Below are positions 15,800 through 32,670 of a stretch of 64,000 nucleotides of DNA, piece by piece (position 1 is the stretch's first letter; the number at the start of each line of letters is the position of its first letter). The stretch lies in assembly GCF_009914755.1 (NCBI RefSeq), contig NC_060944.1. One strand, 5' to 3'. The position numbers and the translations under genes are program-made. The stretch is from the human T2T-CHM13v2.0 reference genome, Homo sapiens. The notes beneath the pieces are model-generated. The model had not been told where the DNA came from and searched no databases. It saw only the letters and a program-made list of their open reading frames with translations.

Positions 15800-18700
15800 A
15801 AGTAAGAACATACAATGTTTGGTTTTCCATTCCTGAGTTACTTTATTTAGATAATAATCTCCAATCTTACCCAGGTTGCTGCAAATGCCATTAATTCATT
15901 TTTTATGGCTGAGTATTATTCCATTGTATCAATATACCACAGTTTGTTTATCCACTTACTGATTGATGGGCATTTGGGTTGGTTCCATGATTTTGCAATT
16001 GCAAATTTTGCTGCTATAAACATGTGTGTGCAAGTATCTTTTTCATATAATGACTTCTTTTCCTCTGGGTAAATATGGAGTAGTGGGATTGCTGGATCAA
16101 ATGGTAGTTCTACTTCTAGTACTTTGAGAAGCCTCCACACTGTTTTCTGTAGTGGTTGTACTAGTTTACATTCCCACCAGCAGTGTGTATGTGTTCCCTG
16201 TTCAACACATCCACACCAACATCTACTGTTTTTTGATTTTTTGATTATGGCAATTCTTGCAGGAGTAAGGTGGTATCTCACTGTGGTTTTGATTTGCATT
16301 TCCCTGATCGTTAGTGATGTTGAGTATTTTTTCATATGTTTGTTGGCCATTTGTATATCTTCTTTTGAGAATTCTCTATTCATGTCTTTAGCCCATTTTT
16401 TGATGAAATTGTTTGTTTTTTTATTACTGATTTGTTTGAGTTCATTATAGATTCTGGATATTAGTCCTTTGTCAGATGTATAGATTTTGAAGATTTTCTC
16501 CCACCCTATGGGTTGTCTGTTTACTCTGCTGACTGTTCCTTTTGCTGTGCAAAAGCTCTTTAGTTTAATTAAGTCCAAACTATTTATCTTTGTTTTTATT
16601 GCATTTGCTTTTGGGTTCTTGGTCATGAAATCCTTGCCTAAGCCAATATCTAAAAGGGTTTTTCCAGTGTTATCTTCAGAATTTTTATAGTTTCCAGTCT
16701 TAGATTTAAGTCCTTAATCCATCTTGAGTTTATTTTTATATAAGGTGAGAGATGAGGATCCAGTTTTATTCTCCTACATGTGGCTAGCCAATTATCCCAG
16801 CACCATTTGTTGAAAAAGGTGTCCTTTCCCTGCTTGATGTTTTTGTTTGCTTTGTCGAAGATCTTTGGCTGTAAGCATTTGGGTTTATTTCTGGGTTCTC
16901 TATCCTGTTCCACTGGCCTATGTGTCTATTTTTATACCAATACCATGCTGTTTTGGTGACTATGGCCTTATGGTATAGTGTGAAATTAGGTAATGTGATG
17001 CCTCCATATTTGATTTTTTTTTTTTTTTTTTTTGCTTGCCTTGCTTTGGCTATGCGGGCTCTTTTTTGGTTCCATATGAATTTTAGAATTGTTTTTTCTA
17101 ATTCAGTGAAGAATGATGGTATTTTCATGGGGATTGCATTGAATTTGTAGATTGCTGTTGACAGTATGGTTGTTTTCACAATATTGATTCTACCCTTCCA
17201 TGATCATGGGATGTATTTCTGTTTGTTTTTGTCATCTATAATTTCTTTCATCAGTGTTTTGTAGTTTTCCTTGTAGCCGTCTTTTGCATCCTTGGTTAGG
17301 TATATTCCTAAGTATTTTATTTTATTTTTTGCAGCTATTGTAAAAGGGGTTGATTTCTTGATTTGATTCTCAGCTTGGTTGCTGTTGGTGTATAGAAGAG
17401 CTACTGATTTGTGTACATTAATCTCGTATCTGGAAACTTTGCTGAATTCTTTTATCAGTTCTTGGAGCTTTCTGGAGGAGTATTTAGGGCTTTCAAGGTA
17501 AATGATTATATCATCAGCAAACAGTGAGAGTTTGACTTCCTCTTTACCAATTTGGATGCTCTTTATTTCTTTCTCTTGTCTGATTGCTCTGGCTAGGACT
17601 TCCAGTAATATGTTGAAGAGGAGTGGTGAGAGTGGGCATCTGTGTTTTGTTCCAGTTCTCAGAGGGAATGCTCTCAACTTTTCCCCATTCGTGGGTTTGT
17701 CATAGACGGCTTTTATTACATTGAGATATGCCCCTTGTATGCCGATTTAGATGAGAGCTTTAATCATAAAGGATGCTGGATTTTGTCAAATGGTTTTTCT
17801 GCATCTGAGATAATCATGTGACTTTTTGTTTTTAATTCTGTTTATGTGGCATATCACATTTATTGACTCGTGTATGTTAAACTATCCCTGCATCCCTGGT
17901 GTGAAACCCACATGATCATGGTGAATTATCTTTTTGATATGTTGTCAGATTTGGTTAGTTAATATTTTGTTAAGGGTTTTCGCATCTATCTTCATCAAGG
18001 ATATCAGTCTGTAGTTTTCTTTTTTGGTTATGTCCTTTCCTGGTTTTGGTATTAGGGTGATGCTGGCTTCCTAGAATTAATTAGGGAGGGTTCCTTCTTT
18101 CTCTATCTTATGGAATAGTGTCAAAAGGATTGGTACCAACTCTTCCTTGAATGTCTGGTAGAATTCTGCTGTAAATCCATCTGGTCCTGGACTTTTTTTT
18201 TTTTTGGTAATTTTTAAATTATCATTTTAATCTTGCTGCTTGTTATTGGTCTGTTCAGGGTATCTAATTCTTCCTGATTTAAGCTAGGAGGTTGTGTTTT
18301 TCCAGAAGTTTATCCATGTCTTCTAGGTTTTCTAGTTTATGTGTGTAAAGGTGTTCATAGTAGCCTTGAATGATCTTTTGTATTTCAGTGGTGTCAGTTG
18401 TAATATCTCCTGTTTCATTTCTTAATTTATCTGTTGTATTTTGTTGTTGTTGTTTCAGTTTCATTTGGTTCTGCTCTGGTCTTTGTTATTTCCTTTTTTC
18501 TGCTGGGCTTGGGTTTGGTTTGTTCTTGTTTCTCTAGTTCCTTGAGATGTGACCTTAGAATGTCAGTTTGTGCTTTTTCAGTCTTTTTGATGTAGACATT
18601 TAGGGTTATGAACTTTCCTCTCAGCATCACCTTTGCTGTATCCCAGAGGTTTTGATATATTGTGTTATTATTGTCATTCCATTTGAAGAATTTTTAAATT

Positions 18701-19506
18701 TTCATCTTGATTTTGTTTTTGACCCATTGCTTATTCAGGAGCAGGTTATTTAATTTACATGTATTTGCTTGGTTTTGAAGGTTATTTTGGAGTTGATTTC
18801 TAGTTTTATTCCACTGTGGTCTATGTGAGTGCTTGATATAATTTCAATTTTCTTAAATTTATTGAGGTTCATTTTATGGCCTATCATATGGTCTCTCTTG
18901 GAGAAAGTTCCATGTGCTGTTGAGTAAAATGTGTATTCTGCAGTTGTTGAATGAAATGTTCTGCATGTATCTGTTTAGTCCATTTGTTCCAAGGTATAGT
19001 TTAAATCCATTGTTTCTTTATTGACTTTCTGTCTTGATGACCTATCTAGTGCTGTCAGTGGAGTATTGAAGTCCCCCACTATTATTGCGTTGCTGTCTAT
19101 CTCATTTCCTAGGTCTATTAGTAATTGTTTTATAAATTTGGGGGCTCCAGTGTTAGGTGCATATATGTTTATGATTGTGATATTTTCCTGTTGGACAGGG
19201 CCTTTTACCATTACATAATATCCCTCTTTGTGTCTTTTAACTGCTGTTGCTTTAAAATTTGTTTTGTCTGATATAAGAATAGCTGCCTCTGCTTGCTTTT
19301 GGTGTCCATTTGCATGAAATGCCTTTTCCCATCCCGTTTACTTAAAGTTTATGTGAGTCCTTATGAGTTAGGTGAGTCTCCTGAAGGCAGCAGATAGTTG
19401 GTTGGTGAGTTCTTATTCATTCTGCAGTTCTGTATCTTTTAAGTGCAGCATTTAGGCCATTTACATTCAATGTTAGTACTGAGATGTGGGGTGCTGTTGC
19501 ATTCAT
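15800..19506 (-). pseudogene. L1PB1-like ORF2, disrupted
   Basis: Fragments with GDFNTPL (18975-19211), [14 protein letters not shown] (17204-17677) and HCWWEC (15916-16626). Confidence 0.85.
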
Positions 19507-19576
19507 TGTACTATTTGTTACCTATTTTTTTTTTTTTTTTGCTTTTTGTTTTTGTTTTTTAACTTGTGTTTTTGTT

Positions 19577-20633
19577 TTATAGGTCCTGTGTGATTTTTGC
19601 TTTAAAGAGGTCCTGTTTTGTTGTGTTTCCAGGAGTTGTTTCAAGATTTAGAGCTCCTTTTAGCAGTTCTTGTAGTGGTGGCTTGGTCATGGCAAATTCT
19701 CTCAGCAATTGTTTGTCTGAAAACGACTGTATCTTTTTTTCATAAATGATGCTTAGTTTCACTGGATACAAAATTCTTGGCTGATAATTGTTTTGTTTGA
19801 GGAGGCTGAAGATAGAGCCCCAGTCCCTTCTAGCTTGTAGGATTTCTGTTGAGAAATTTGCCATTAATCTGATAGGTTTTTCTTTATAGGTTACCTGGTG
19901 CTTCAGTCTTACAGCACTTGAGATTCTTTCCTTCATTGTCACTTTAGATAACCTGATGACAATGTGCCTAGGTGATGATCTTTCTGTGATAAATTTCCCA
20001 GGTGTTCTTTGTGCTTCTTGTATTTGGATGTTTAGATCTCTAGCAAGGCTGGAGAAGTTTTCCTTGATTATTCCCCCAAATATATTTTCCAAACTTTTAG
20101 ATTTCTCTTCTTCCTCAGGAACACTGATTATTCTTAGGTTTGGTCATTGAACATAATCCTAGACTTCTTGGAGGCTTTGTTCATATTTTCTTATGCTTTT
20201 TTCTTTGTCTTTGTTGGATTGGGTTAATTCAAAGATCTTGTCTTCCAGCTCCGATTTTCTTTCTTCTACTTGTTCAATTCTATTGCTGAGATTTTCTAGA
20301 GCATTTTTGCATTTCTATAAGTGTGTCCAATGTTTCTTGGATCTCTGACTTTTTCTTTATGCAATCTATTTCCTTCAATATTTCTCCCTTAATGTCTTGT
20401 ATAATTTTTTTTATTTCCTTGCATTGGGCTTCACCTTTCTCTGGTGCCTCCTTGATAAGCTTAATAACTAACCTCCTGAATTATTTTTCAGGAAAATCAG
20501 GGATTTCTTCCTGGTTTGGATCCATTGCTGGTTAACTAGTGTAATATTTTTTTGTGGGGCGGGGGTAGGGGTACGGTGTTAAAGAGCCTTGTTTTGTCAT
20601 ATTACCAGAGTTGGTTTTCTGGTTCCTTCTCAT
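19577..20633 (-). pseudogene. L1PB1-like ORF1, disrupted
   Basis: ORF 19577-20092 encodes IQIQEAQRTP..YPVKLS..KPPLQELLKGAL. ATG at 20633. Confidence 0.8.
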
Positions 20634-22949
20634 TTGGGTAGGCTCTGTCAGAGGGAAGATCTAGGGCTGAAGGCTGTTGTTCAGATTCTTTTGTCCCATG
20701 GGGTGTTCCCTTGATGTAGTACTGTCCTCCTTTTCCTATGGATGTGGCTTCTTGTAAGCCAAACTGCAGTGATTGTTGTCTCTCTTCTGGGTCTAGCCAC
20801 TCAGCAAGTCTACCAGGCTCTGGGTTGGTACTGGGGTTTGTCTGCATAGAGTCCTGTGATGTGAACTGTCTATCACTCTCTTAGATGTGGATACCAGCAC
20901 TTGTTCAGTTGGAGGTGGCAGGGGTGTGAAATGCACTCTGTGAGGGTTTTTAGCTTTGGTGGCTTAATTCTCTAAAGCTGATTGGCCTTCTGCTACTAGG
21001 TGATGCTTTCCTGAGAGCATCAGCTGTGGTAGTATGGACAGGAACTGGTCATGGGCGGGGCCCTAGAACTCCCAAGATTATATGCCCTTCATCTTCAGCT
21101 ACCAGGGTGGGTAAGGAAGGCCCATCTGGTGGGGGCAGGGCTAGGCATGTCTGAGCTCAGACTCTCCTTGGGCCAGTCTTGCTGCAGCTGCTGTGGGGAA
21201 TGGGGGTGAGGTTCCCAGGTCAATGGAGTTGTGTACCTAGCAGGATTGTGGCTGCCTCTGCTGAGTCATGCAGGTTGTCAGGGAAGTGGGGAAAAGCTGG
21301 CAGTCACAGGCCTTACCCAGCTCCCACACAAACCAAAGGGCTGGTCTCACTCCCACCTTGCCCCACCCCACAGTCCAGAGTCTCTTTCTAGGCAGTGGGT
21401 GAGCCAGGCTTGAGAACTTGCCCCAGGCTACTCGCCTCCCAGCTGGGAAAGAAAATGGCTTGGTTCCTTCCCAATCTGTGGAGTCTGCACACTGGATTCG
21501 TGCCCTCCCCCAACTTCTGGCTGGGAGGCTTCTCACCCAGTTCAAATTATTACAAAGCTCAGCTGGAGATTTCCTTCTCCCTGTGATGTTTTTCCCCACT
21601 CCTCTGGTTGCCCTCCTGATGGATCCCTGTGGTGCCAGGCAGGAATGGCCTGTTTGGGGACCCAGTGAGCTCTCAGTGCCTTTCTTGCTGCTTCCTCCAC
21701 CCCTGTATTTCACTTGGCTCTCTAAATTGACTCAGCTCCAGGTAAGGTCAGAAACTTCTCCCACAAACAGACCTCCAGTTTCTCCAGTGGGGATGTGTTC
21801 AGGAGAGGAGGATCTCCCTTTCCCACTTCTGCAGTTGGGGGCACTTGCAGTATTTGGGGTGTCTCCTGGGTCCTGCAGGAGCAGTCCACTTCCTTCAGAG
21901 GGTCTTTGTGTCCTCTTGGTATTACTGGTTTGTTCTTGCAGTTGAACTGGAGCTAAAATTCACAGTGCAAGCCTCTGCATGCTGCTCTGTCCCTCTAAGT
22001 TGGAGCTGCAATCTAGTCCTGCCTCCCGTCCACCATGATGATCCCCTCTCCCCTTTAACTTTTAATCCATATGTGTATTTATATTTTAAATGGGTTTCTT
22101 GTATACAACATATAGGTGGGTATTGTTTTTTAATCCACCTTGACAATATCTGCCTTTTAACTTGTACATTTAGACCATTGATGCTCAAAGTAATTATTGA
22201 TAGAGATGGATTAATATCTAATGTATTTATTCCTGTTTCCTATTGATTACCCTTGTTCTTTTTCCTATTTTTGTTTTCCACTCTTCTGCCTTTTTGTGGT
22301 TTTAGTTAATATAATTCTATTTTCTCTCTTTTATTAGCATATTAGTTATGCTTCTTTTTTCTTCTTACCTTTTTTAGTGCTCGCCCTAAAGTTTTCAATA
22401 TGCATTTATAATTAATCCAAGTCTACTTTCAAATAACACTATACTCTTCACTTGTAGTGTGAGTACCTCATAATAACAAAATGTTCCTAATTCTTCCTTC
22501 CTGAGCCTTGTATCATTGCTGTCATTCATTTTACTTACACATAAGCATATATAGGCATATATACACATACACACACAAATAAGCATATATAATCAAATAT
22601 ATTTCTGTGATTATTTTGAACAAAATATTGTCTGTTAGATCAATTAAGAAGGAGAAAAATAAAAACTTTAATTTTACCTTGAATATTGCTTCTTTGATGC
22701 TTTTTCCTTCTTCACATAGATCTGCATTTCTGACCTTTATCATTTTCCTTCTTGCTAAAGAATTTCTTTTAATATTTCTCTCAGGGCAAGTCTGTGGAAA
22801 AATATTCCCTCAATTTTTGTTTGTCTAAGAAAGACTTTATTTCTCCTTCACTTTCGAAAGATAATTTCACAGGGTACAGAATTATAGGTTGGTAGGTTTT
22901 TTCTCTTAACACTTTAAATATTCACTCCACTCTCTCCTTGATTGCCTGG

Positions 22950-23366
22950 TGATATGGTTTGGATGTTTGTCTCCTCTAAATCTTATGTTGAAATGTGATC
23001 CTAAGTGTTGGAGGTGGGGCCTAATGGGAGATGTTTGGGTCATGGGGGTGGATCCCTCATAAATGGCTTTGTACCCTTCCCATGTAAATTAGTGAGTTTT
23101 CACTCTGTTAGTTCATGTGAGAGCTGGTTTTCTAAAGGAGCCCAACACTTCCTCCTGTCTCTCACTCCATCTCTTGCCATGTAACATGCCAGCTCCCCTT
23201 CCCTTCCGCTATGACTAAAAGCTTCCTGAGGCCTCAACAGAAGCCAAGCAGATGCTGGTGCCATGCTTGTATGGCCTGCAGAACCGTTAGCCAAATAAAC
23301 CTCTTTTCTTTATAAATTACCCATCCTCAGATATTTCTTTATAGCAATGCAAAATGGACTAATACA
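22950..23366 (+). mobile_element. Solo MSTB/MSTB1 LTR
   Basis: TGATATGGTTTGGATG..GGACTAATACA. Perfect TSD CCTGG at 22945-22949 / 23367-23371. Confidence 0.92.
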
Positions 23367-24773
23367 CCTGGCTTTTGAGGAGAAGTTGAGTATAATTCTT
23401 ATCTTTGCTGCTTTACAGGTAAGATATGTTTTTCTCTGGTTTCCTTAAGGATTGTTTCTTTATCTTTGATTTTCTGCAGTTTGTATATGATATGCCTAGG
23501 TGTAGTCTTTTTGACATTTATTCTGCCTGGTGTTCTCTGAGCTTCTTGGATATGTAGTTTGATATCTGACATTAATTTTGTGAAAATTCTCAGTCATTTT
23601 TTAAAATATTTCTTTTGTTCCTTTCACCCTCTCTTCTTCTGGAATTCCCTATGTGTATGCAGCTTTTATAGTTGTTCCACAGTTCTTGAATATGCTGTTC
23701 TATTTTTCTGCTCTTTTTTCTCTTTGCTTCTCAGTTTTGGTGGTTTCTACTGAGATGTCCTCAAATTTGGAGATTCTTTCCTCAACCATCTCTAATCTAC
23801 CAGTAGGCCCATGAAAGGCATTATTCATTTATTTAACAGTGTTTTTGATGTCTACCTAGCATTTCCTTTTGATTATTTCTTAAACTTTCTATCTCTCTGC
23901 TTACATTGCCCATCCATTTTTGCCTGCTGCCTACTTTATTCGTTAGCATGTTGATCATTGTTTAAAATTCCTAGTCTGATAATTCTAATTCCTGATGGAT
24001 CTGAGTCCGATTCTGATGCTTCCTCTGTGTCTTCAAACTATGTTTTCTGCTTTTTAATGTCTTGTAATTTTTTCTTGATAGCTAGACATGAGCTACTGGG
24101 TAAAAGGAACTGCTGTAAAAAAGCCTTTAGTGATGTGGTGGTAAGGTGTGGGGGAAGGGCAAACATTCTATTATTCCATGATCAGATCTCAATCTTTTAG
24201 TGAGCCTTTGCCTCTGTACTGTAAAACTCAAAGGGGTTTCATAGTTTTTCCTTCCTTTTAGGTGGCATAGAATGGCTATAGTGAACTATATTTGGGTATT
24301 TCCCTTACCCCAAGTCAGTTAGGCTCTGATAAAATAGGTTAGGCTCTGGTTAAACAGTTTTTCCTGAGGGAAGAACAAAGTGCTCTGACTTATTTCATAA
24401 TGCTTCATTTCTTCCTTCTCCTGCCAAAAGCGCAAGATAATTTTTCTCTGATTTTCCCTGTGAGAACCTGATAGAGCTCCAGCAGGTGAAACTCACAAAA
24501 ATGTGGAGACCCCTGATGACTGTGTCCCCTGGAGTTTTGTCTCTCAGACTTGTCCACACTGTGCCTCCAGCAATTTGGCAGTTACAGTTCAGATTTTTTT
24601 TACCTTGGCAGTTCTGCGGAGATTGCTGTTTGTGGGTTTCTGTTCTGGCAAGCCACAATTCTCTGCATCTACCTGTGTGTCTCTCCAGTTTTGGGGGTAG
24701 TGATTTGCCCTGTGGTCCCACTTTGTCATGGATCCAAGAAGAGTTGTTAATTTTTCAGTTTGTTCATCTCTTC

Positions 24774-27256
<2,483 letters not shown>

Positions 27257-27337
27257 TTGTCCAGCCTTTCACTTGTTGTTAGGATGGAGTGGTGACTTCC
27301 AGGTTCTTACATGCTGGACTGGAAACCAGAAGTCTGA

Positions 27338-27629
<292 letters not shown>

Positions 27630-28076
27630 TTTAAAGCTGCTCCAGTGTTTAAAGATTGAGAACCACCACTCTACATGAGTCAGAATTTTAATGTTGTGGA
27701 AACTCAGAGATAATCTTCCCTATGTGGACTTGGATCTTCCTGCAGGTCAAGAAGTGGCTGCAATTTAACCGACTAGCTAACCAGGGGACCAGTGTGATAG
27801 AAAAGCAAGACAACCCCTTTAAGAGCATTGCAAAATAGTAACTAACATTTATCAGGCTTTAGCCAATTTTGACTCTACATGATTTGCCCTTTTGACTTTG
27901 AAACATTCTGTCTATAAAAGCATGGCTGTGGTACTCAAAGTTATTTCACATTTCATTTGGTCCGAATAACGATTCTACAAAGTGAAGACTCATGTAAAAC
28001 TCACTTTGCAACTGGGAAAACTGAGACTCAGGTGAGCAAATAAACTTCACTAATTACTGAGTGACATTATGCACTC

Positions 28077-28156
28077 AGGTCCTACTACTACAGTTCGAGG
28101 TCCTACTACTACAGTTCGAGGTCCTACTACAAATTGAGGTCCTACTACTACAGTTT
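28077..28156. repeat. 21-bp minisatellite, about 4 copies (AGGTCCTACTACTACAGTTCG)
   Basis: Units start at 28077, 28098, 28119 (18-bp variant) and 28137. Confidence 0.95.
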
Positions 28157-28579
28157 AATAAAGTACTTGCATCTCTAACTTTGGTGGTATTTTCCACAAC
28201 TTCTAGTACAGGACTGGGCTTACAGGGGATATTTATTATAATTTCTAAAAAGCATTTTATAAAACATGACAAGTATTTGTAAAGTATCTTATGGTTTACA
28301 AAGAACATTCAGGTCCACTCTTTTTCTATTAAAATGCTTGCAAAAATTATGAATAAATGAATGGACACATATAGTTTTGAAATAGAATTTGGGTTTTGCA
28401 CTAGTGTCCTTTCGAACTCCCTGAATATTCAGGGGACCAGTTTCATGGTCTTTGTCCATGGATGGCCTGCATCTCCAGTCCATGTAAAATTATACCTTGG
28501 TTCCTCATTCCCACTTCCATCCTTTCTAGCAACCAACCTCATCTCATGGAGTGATAAGGCCACTCAGAAAACACTTTGT

Positions 28580-28690
28580 TTTAATATTGCTTTTGCCACT
28601 GACTACCAAGGTGAACTTTAGCAAGTCATTTCTCTGGGTTTCAATATCTGTGCATGAAAAAGGAGAGGTCTGGACTAGACTGGTGGGCAA
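28580..28690 (+). mobile_element. MIR fragment
   Basis: GCCACTGACTA..GCAAGTCATTTCTCTGGGTTTC..ATCTG..AAAA core similarity. Confidence 0.55.
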
Positions 28691-29633
28691 ATACAAGGAC
28701 AGCACATATATCTCTCCTGATTGTGCACAAGCCAGACATTGCTAATTGGTCATGCAATGTCCTTCCCACTATATTTGGATACACTCTTAGACTCTTTCTG
28801 AATCCAGAATTCCAGGCAGCCATTACAAATTAGCCAGGATTAGCACTCAAGATGAAACTGATTAGTCATCTTGGCACTAGATGACATTCGAGTTTCCTTC
28901 CAGCTCTGCTATTCTATGGTTTTCTGGTTTTAAAAGCTGGGTTGCATGGATCTCATCCTGCAGGCTGTTACTTGAGGATGATCCCAAAGGTGGAACTGGC
29001 AGCATAATTTGGAATGACCAGAGCATTCATGGGGCTCAGAAATTTCTCTAAAAATTTCTTAGCTGTCCTAAGTTTGGCTGTACATTAGAGTCACATTGGC
29101 AGTTTTTTCAAAAATTGAGGTAAAAATATATCATACATACTATAAAGTGGAACATTCTAATCTTAGCTGTACAGTTTGATGGATTTTTACGTACATAACA
29201 TCTGTGTAACCACTACCTTAATCAAGACATAGAATATTTCCAGCACTCCAGGAGGAGACCTTATGTTCCTTCCTATCAACACTTGAAGGTAACCATTGTT
29301 CTGTTTTCTGTCACCGCAGATTAATTTCACCTGATCTTCAATTCTGTATAACATGTGTGGTCTTTTGTGTCTGGCATCTTTTGCTCAACCTAATGTTTTT
29401 GAGATTCATGTGTGTTGTTGAGTGCATTGATAGTTCTTTTATATTGCTGCTTAGTATTTCATTGTTTGAATATGTTACAGTTTATCCATTCTCCTGTTGA
29501 TGGATGACTGAGTTACTTCCAGGTTTGGACTGTTACGAGTAAAGCTTCTCTGAACATTCTTACACTTATCATTTTGTAGACCTATGTTCTCACTTCTCTA
29601 AGAGTGAAATTGCTGGGTCTGAGGGTACATGTA

Positions 29634-30567
<934 letters not shown>

Positions 30568-31524
30568 TATGTTCAACTTTAATGCCTAATAGTTTACTAA
30601 CATGATCGTATGATCTAGGGAGCTTTAAAAACTGCCCTTGGTCAGGCTATGCCTAGACCAATTAAATTAGCATTTCTGGTGGGGGACCCCAGGGTAGGCG
30701 TCTTCAAGCTGCTCAAGTGGACCCACTCTACAGCTGATGTTGACCATCACGGATCGAAATATAGGGAGAGAAGACAGGGAATAACAACAGAGTGCAGCCT
30801 GTGCATAAAGCTGTCACTCAATAAAAAATGGTCAATTTTACTTAATATGCTCTCTTTGGTTTCTTTTTATTCAGGCTTTTATTCTCTTTTCTTTACGGAT
30901 GGTTCATGCACATAAAAACATACAATCATGGAAAAAGCAATCTCTTGCCTGGAAAATAAATGACAAGAACTACCCTCATACCAAGGTGAAACTCTTACTC
31001 ACAGACCTGGGCTTGATTATAAAGAACAAACAATGGCTTGGCAAACAGAATCACCTACCAGACATATGAACATTTATTATCACCTATGATTCTGCGCAAA
31101 GGGAGGGAGGAAATGTCTGTGTAGTAATCAGAAAGAAACTGCAATGGAAAACAAAGGAGATGATTGATTGCCAGATGCGAACGAACAGCTCGTTGTCATC
31201 AGGAAATCAGTATCTCCTACTCACAAAACTTGCAGGGCTAATTTCTGTGGTAGTCTGCACAAATTTAGCCAGGAAAATCAAATTTCCACTGTCCCGAGAA
31301 GGTTAGCTCTGTTGTTGAAATTATTATAATCACTTAGTTTAAGGGGTGAGTTTTTAAGAACCACTTCTCCTTTACCAAGGCAGACAGAGCTGTCAAAGGC
31401 ACCCAGCTTACCTGGTCCTCAGGCACCATATGAAGGTACTTAGGTATTTACCTCCCGGATGGAAAACGCCAACCTTTAGCACTCAGAATTGAATTGGAAA
31501 TTGCTGAAGGTGTGTCTGAATTGG

Positions 31525-31936
31525 CCAGTGGTTCTCTAAGTGCGGTTTCTGGACAAACAGCATCAGCATTAAGTGGGAACTTGTTAGAAATGGGAACATT
31601 TGGGATCCACTCCGGTAAGGTTGTCAGAAAAAATACAGGATGCTCAGGAAAACTTGAGCTTCAGATAAGCAATAATGACTTCTTTTTTTTTTTTTCTTTT
31701 TGTATAAGTATGTCCTATGCAATATGTGGGCCTAAATACTAAAAATAATGTTGTTCAACTGAGATTCAAACTTAACTGGGAATCCTATTTTTATGTGTAA
31801 ATCTAGTAACCCTACACCCTACACCCCAGACCTATGGAATCAGAAACTCCTCGGGGTGCGGCTCAGTAAGTTGTGGTTCAGTGAGACTTCCAGGTGATTC
31901 TGATGCTAGCTGAAGCTTGAGACCCAGTGCTCTAGT
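31525..31936. mobile_element. MER5A split by MER53
   Basis: CAGTGGTTCTCTAAGTG..CAGCATCAGCAT..CTTGTTAGAAATG and AGACCTATGGAATCAGAAACTC..CCAGGTGATTCTGATGC. Confidence 0.8.
31616..31814. mobile_element. MER53 palindromic hAT MITE
   Basis: TAAGGTTGTCAGA..ATACAGGATG..TCTAGTAACCCTA with core GTATAAGTATGTCC. Confidence 0.85.
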
Positions 31937-32399
31937 TTTAGTTCCCATCTTGCTATTGATGATAGCTCATTATCTTGCTCCCTTTGTAATTCACGTTGGT
32001 CAGGGCCCCAATTGTAAAGTGTCATGAATTGACCTCTCCAGATACAGGTGTGTGCTTCAGGGCTCACATTCCCTGGTTTCTGGCATCTGTGCCCTTTGCA
32101 GTTCACTGCCGATGCATGAGACCTCTCACCAGACAAATGGTGAGGCTGCCCGTCTCTGACCCATGGCAACCATGGGAACAATCTCCTTTGCCTCCATTGC
32201 TGCCACACTACAGTAGCTGTTTGGTTTTCTTACCTCTAAAAGTCCACCAAAGACTTGTGCCACCTGGATAAAGATATGATTAATTAAACAATGCCATCCC
32301 AGGCCTCTTTCCACAGCAGCAAATGCCACTTGACTATAGGAACCCATTAACGCAGAGCATCTGAGCAGGGTAGGTCCTGAGTGAAATAATTAGAGTCTG

Positions 32400-32670
32400 C
32401 ATAATGGTGATAACAGTACCAATAACCATTTGTTGATCACTTGCTCTGTACAAAGCATTGTATAAGTATGTCCTATGCAATATTTGTAATTAATATTTAA
32501 TCTTCATGATAACTGTGAATGCAGAACTATTTTCATCATTTTAAGCTAAGGAAGCTAAGACTTGGCAAGGGCATGTAACTTGTTTATAATCTCACAACTA
32601 TTTAATAGGAAATAGATGAGCTAAAACATGAACTCCTATTTGTCCAACCCCACAGCTGGTGCTCTAAACC
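32400..32670 (-). mobile_element. MIR
   Basis: AATAACCATTTGTTGATCACTT..ATTTAATCTTCATGATAAC..GGAAGCTAAGACTT..GTAACTTG. Confidence 0.7.

Noticed and set aside
20556-20576. G-quadruplex in L1PB1 ORF1 region
   Set aside because: Only three runs of at least 3 G plus one GG; more simply a local G-tract expansion
21237-22246. ORFs of 133-175 aa near 21-22 kb
   Set aside because: Fall in the GC-richer L1PB 5'UTR and junction; no recognisable domain
28077-28156. CRISPR-like array or let-7-like sequence (TGAGGT..TACAGTT)
   Set aside because: Units are contiguous with no unique spacers, the context is eukaryotic, the let-7 seed is absent and there is no hairpin
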